Positions 61,021 through 64,000 of a stretch of DNA of 64,000 nucleotides are shown one piece after another. Positions within the stretch are counted from its first letter, which is position 1. Every line of letters begins with the position of its first letter. The notes under the pieces were generated by a model. That model worked only from the letters and a program-made list of their open reading frames with translations, ran no database searches and was not told where the DNA came from. The stretch is from an uncultured Candidatus Saccharibacteria bacterium. GTDB lineage: Bacteria; Patescibacteriota; Minisyncoccia; Phycocordibacterales; UBA2100. The translations under genes and the position numbers were made by a program. The stretch covers positions 750-64,749 of the forward strand of contig CAZPGE010000001.1 in NCBI GenBank assembly GCA_964586255.1. Direction: 5' to 3'.

Positions 61021-61614
61021 CTATTCGAAGAGGCTCCAGAACCATTTGTACAGAAATGACTTGTTCTCCATGCTTTCTCCTTCGAGCGTGTAGCGATCGC
61101 GATCGGGCGTGTTTGGGTCTTCGGACGTCTCAAAATATGCTTTGGCATTGTCCGCATTTGCTTTTATCGACGGCGTTGCCTCTACCACGATGTCCACTGT
61201 GTCGCTTACGGTGCCAGGAGGTGCGATGCCGTTGGCTTCCGCCGCGACATCTACCACGTTGACCATCGTTTCTTTCTGTTCAGTTGTAAACCAACTTCCG
61301 AGCCATTTCCATACTCGTACCGGGAAACTCGGACCTTTTGGGAGCGGGGGAGGAATCGTCTCGCCGTCACCATCACCGTGTGGAATCACCTCGACTACAC
61401 CATGGCCGCAACCGTGAACGTCGGGATCAGCCACGTCATTGAGAGTGCCGTGGTAATGAATAGAGCCACACCCATCGTCGGTGCCTCTGATATGGGCATC
61501 GTTGGAATCGATGATGGCCGTGCCAACGTAGGCTTTGTGATTTGCAGACGTCAAATTAGGGACAATAAAAACAATAACAAGGGGCACCGCGACACATATC
61601 GAAGGGGTCTTCAT
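61021..61614 (-). CDS. secreted hypothetical protein with His/Asp-rich metal-binding-like segment
   Basis: Signal peptide and HYHGTLNDVADPDVHGCGHGVVEVIPHGDGDGE. Confidence 0.45.
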   Translation of the reverse strand: MKTPSICVAVPLVIVFIVPNLTSANHKAYVGTAIIDSNDAHIRGTDDGCGSIHYHGTLNDVADPDVHGCGHGVVEVIPHGDGDGETIPPPLPKGPSFPVRVWKWLGSWFTTEQKETMVNVVDVAAEANGIAPPGTVSDTVDIVVEATPSIKANADNAKAYFETSEDPNTPDRDRYTLEGESMENKSFLYKWFWSLFE

Positions 61615-61739
61615 GCAACAACTATACCCCCTTGCTGTGGACGTGCCGAGCTTTTCCCCACCTATCCATCTTATAAATCATGGACGGTTCCATGTGCAGT
61701 ATGCTACAGACGACGGGAAAATTGATACAATAGGGGCAC

Positions 61740-62048
61740 ATGCATATGTCGTACAAGGGAGGAATGGAATCTAAGCCTTTCGGCAAGCGACAGTCGGCTC
61801 AGGCCGAAGCTGCCCCTATGGAAGAGACGCACATGTCTCCAGAGCACCATGTGAAGCTGTTGCAAGGAATGAGAGACACGATTCTCAATGGACTACTCGA
61901 TGATTGGGAGCGTATTCGCGCGTTCCAAGAATCGGGGCGCGGCGCAGGGATCGATGATTCAAAGCGCCTTGATGAGCTCTTCACGCTCATCAACGACCGA
62001 CTCGCCTCACTCGACAAAAGAGGGGTTGCTAGAGAACATCTGCCATAA
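61740..62048 (+). CDS. hypothetical protein
   Basis: 102-aa ORF with no motif recognised. Confidence 0.3.
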   Translation: MHMSYKGGMESKPFGKRQSAQAEAAPMEETHMSPEHHVKLLQGMRDTILNGLLDDWERIRAFQESGRGAGIDDSKRLDELFTLINDRLASLDKRGVAREHLP

Positions 62049-62127
62049 TCGACGCCCTCAGCATCGTTGGGGAGCAGCGGTACCGGGCACCGTATTCTCA
62101 GACCCGAAAGGAAAATTTTGTTGTGTA

Positions 62128-62766
62128 CTACTGCGCGATGGCGACCTTGGTGCGTTGTTCTACAGGTCTGACGACGATGAATCTCTTTTTCCATGCCTTG
62201 AGAAAATCGACCGTAGAGATTTGTAGACCGCCCGTTTTTGCCGCAGGGTCGTTGTAGTAGACGACGCCATCCTTGATTCCATCTATCACGACGAGATGGG
62301 GAATCGTGCTCTTCGGATCGAATTTGTAGTGCACTGAGGCAATCACAGGTCCCGATTCCAGATGTTTCTTAAATTTGGCAAACGCATCGTCCTTGCTGAG
62401 CTTGCCGAGGTCATAGCTGCTGCCGTCGAGGCCGTACGGCTTCGATATTTGGATGAGACCCTTGTATGTCCACCCCGCGTTATTTAGATATGCGCCCGCG
62501 TTAATGCCCTCATTAAGGAGCGCATTCACCGAGACGGTGTCCGGTTTGTAATAGTCAATAATCATCGCGAGGCTTGCTACGCCGCAGCCGACCTTTTGCC
62601 ACTTAGCAGAGGAGATGTCGCGGAATTGAGAATAAAAGGGGACGGAGGGCACTACATCTGCTGCAACAGCTACTTTTTTCTCCGATGTTGGTGCTTGAAT
62701 TTCTTGTTGGAGGAAGTAAATGGGTGGATTGGATACGGTGATAGCAAGAGCAAATATAGGTAACAT
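62128..62766 (-). CDS. C39-like (papain-fold) peptidase-domain protein, secreted
   Basis: Signal anchor and VPFYSQF..KVGCGVASLAMIIDYY (catalytic Cys region of the Peptidase_C39_2/BtrH-like family). Confidence 0.55.
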   Translation of the reverse strand: MLPIFALAITVSNPPIYFLQQEIQAPTSEKKVAVAADVVPSVPFYSQFRDISSAKWQKVGCGVASLAMIIDYYKPDTVSVNALLNEGINAGAYLNNAGWTYKGLIQISKPYGLDGSSYDLGKLSKDDAFAKFKKHLESGPVIASVHYKFDPKSTIPHLVVIDGIKDGVVYYNDPAAKTGGLQISTVDFLKAWKKRFIVVRPVEQRTKVAIAQ

Positions 62767-62857
62767 CCGTGCATCATTCCAAATATAGACAGAGCTGGCA
62801 ATACCAAAATTCATCTTCGCCTCATGAAGATATCCGGAAACATGCCAGCTGTTCCGG

Positions 62858-63715
62858 CTATTCTTGCACCGTCACCGGTGTGCCGACTTCGGCCCACAGA
62901 TAGAGCTCCTTGGCTTTTTGTGGCGGAAGATTCACGCATCCGTGCGACCACGGTTGTCCGAAGTGGTCGTGCCAGTACGCGCCGTGAATCACCGCGCCCC
63001 CGTGTGTGAAATACAAATCCCACGGAACGCCGGGAAGGTCGTAGTAGTCATCGCTCACGTCGGGTACGGGGCCCTGCATGTAGCGACTCGGCATCTTTTT
63101 GAAGATGATAAACGTGCCGCGAGGTGTCGGAGTGAATTCAAGACCCGTCGAAATCGGTTCCTGCATAAAGAGCGTGTCATTTTCATACGCGTAGAGCATT
63201 TGCTCGGAGATATCTACGGTGATGCGTTTGGAGTTTCCGATAGTGACTGTCGCATAAGAGATTTGGTCGCCCGTATCGGTAAAGAGTCGCACATAGTCGG
63301 CCGCTACGTACCAATCTCCCGTGACGCGCTCGGGGTACCGCACACCTTCATCGAACGCTATTTTGTACCAACCGACGCCGTCGACGATGACAATTTCGGC
63401 TACTTTCAGGACGATGCCAGTGCGGAGTTTCGAGACAATAGGATGCTCCGTGCCGGGACCCGAGCGCATGTTCACGCATGCACCCTCCCAATACGGCCCG
63501 CAGCCGTCGATGACTTCTATGTATTGAAAAATGGGGGATTCAAGAATGACCGGTGCGACAAAGGTCGGATCGAGTGGGTTTTCATTGTGCAGTATCGCAG
63601 CCGCTGCCGGGGTAGACGTGTGAGGAAACGGCAGCGGTTTGACCGCATACCACACAATGACGCCAAGCAGCGATATGGATAGGAAGGTGGCAAGAATGAG
63701 ATGCGACCACTTCAT
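62858..63715 (-). CDS. L,D-transpeptidase (YkuD) with N-terminal SH3-like domain
   Basis: Catalytic motif HGCVNLPPQ near the C-terminus and an N-terminal membrane anchor. Confidence 0.7.
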   Translation of the reverse strand: MKWSHLILATFLSISLLGVIVWYAVKPLPFPHTSTPAAAAILHNENPLDPTFVAPVILESPIFQYIEVIDGCGPYWEGACVNMRSGPGTEHPIVSKLRTGIVLKVAEIVIVDGVGWYKIAFDEGVRYPERVTGDWYVAADYVRLFTDTGDQISYATVTIGNSKRITVDISEQMLYAYENDTLFMQEPISTGLEFTPTPRGTFIIFKKMPSRYMQGPVPDVSDDYYDLPGVPWDLYFTHGGAVIHGAYWHDHFGQPWSHGCVNLPPQKAKELYLWAEVGTPVTVQE

Positions 63716-63849
63716 CAGGCCATCCTAGTTGAGTTCTTGATATAGCACAATTGATGTCATATTTTGGCACGTCCAGTCGAAAGCTCTTTAGCGCGCTCGG
63801 GCCTGAAAAGAAGGGCTACAGGCGCTCTTTCGGGTGGTACGATGCAAAA

Positions 63850-64000
63850 ATGCCGCGCGCGTCGTCGTTTACCTTCGCTTCCTACGAAGTCGATGCTGTT
63901 CGTTCAATCATCACCTTTACCTACCGCGTGGAATTTCAAAGCGGGAGAGTGAGGACCTACTCTGACCGGCTGATACTTCCCGACGTGACACCGGAGGCCT
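63850..64000 (+). CDS. possible 5' fragment of a CDS running off the window
   Basis: Open frame from ATG 63850 (MPRASSFTFASYEVDAVRSIITFTYRVEF...) to the window edge. Too short to assess. Confidence 0.2.
   Translation, partial: MPRASSFTFASYEVDAVRSIITFTYRVEFQSGRVRTYSDRLILPDVTPEA

Noticed and set aside
1-64000. Search for mobile elements, CRISPR arrays, rRNA and prophage genes
   Set aside because: No transposase, integrase or recombinase motifs were seen. There are no regularly spaced direct repeats and no rRNA-like conserved stretches. The only repeated DNA is the terminator pair at 8.3-8.9 kb, the operator palindrome pair at 50.07 and 51.76 kb, and the MBL-gene remnant.

Overview
Scope and organisation: this is a gene-dense, roughly 55-60% GC bacterial chromosomal segment. 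I found no rRNA, CRISPR array, transposase or integrase. About 75 coding regions are supportable, mostly in same-strand, tightly spaced (often overlapping) operon-like runs.

Main features, in order:
- Two tRNAs (Arg-CCT on the minus strand, Phe-GAA on the plus strand) flank a 0.65-kb islet carrying two small membrane-protein ORFs.
- hisS, a DEDD exonuclease, a bacterial SET-domain protein, a vacuolar iron transporter (VIT)-family protein, and a thioredoxin/DsbB-like pair.
- A redox/copper-protein neighbourhood (9.5-13.5 kb): a DipZ-like CcdA-thioredoxin fusion, a MOSC-domain protein, and a membrane-anchored copper nitrite reductase (NirK).
- A five-gene alpha-glucan operon built from 'archaeal-type' enzymes: a GT4/5 glycogen-synthase-like protein, glycoside hydrolase families 57 and 15 (GH57, GH15), a cupin-type phosphoglucose isomerase, and a ROK kinase.
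- A minus-strand dcd-thyA-glyA run with a CYTH-domain gene, and a divergent folA.
- A partial purine cluster: PurS-fused purL, purQ, a guanylate-kinase-like gene, an AAA_28 ATPase, purE, purM, purC, purB.
- A long minus-strand string: ABC-2 transporter, HAD-IIB hydrolase, DUF1993, a stand-alone IMP-cyclohydrolase domain, and a histidine kinase / OmpR-type regulator pair.
- A cytidylyltransferase and a cytidine-deaminase-like gene preceded by a hairpin cluster.
- A repeat-rich surface protein with a VPNTG sorting-signal-like C-terminus, a SWIB-domain protein, TruB, a D-amino-acid-oxidase (DAO)-type flavoprotein, and cspA.

Most striking region (50-60.6 kb): a copper/sulfur homeostasis island. 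It contains two DUF156 (CsoR/RcnR/CstR-family) repressors, each preceded by a near-identical ATACCCCC-GGGGGTAT palindrome. It also holds a rhodanese, a persulfide-dioxygenase-like metallo-beta-lactamase (MBL) hydrolase, a P1B ATPase with an unusual CPD (not CPC) transmembrane motif, several small Met/Cys membrane proteins in lower-GC DNA, a YVTN beta-propeller, a DsbA with an adjacent CxxC membrane protein, a multicopper oxidase and a DsrE-like protein.

All functional calls are motif- and family-level inferences from the translated ORFs. No database search was possible.
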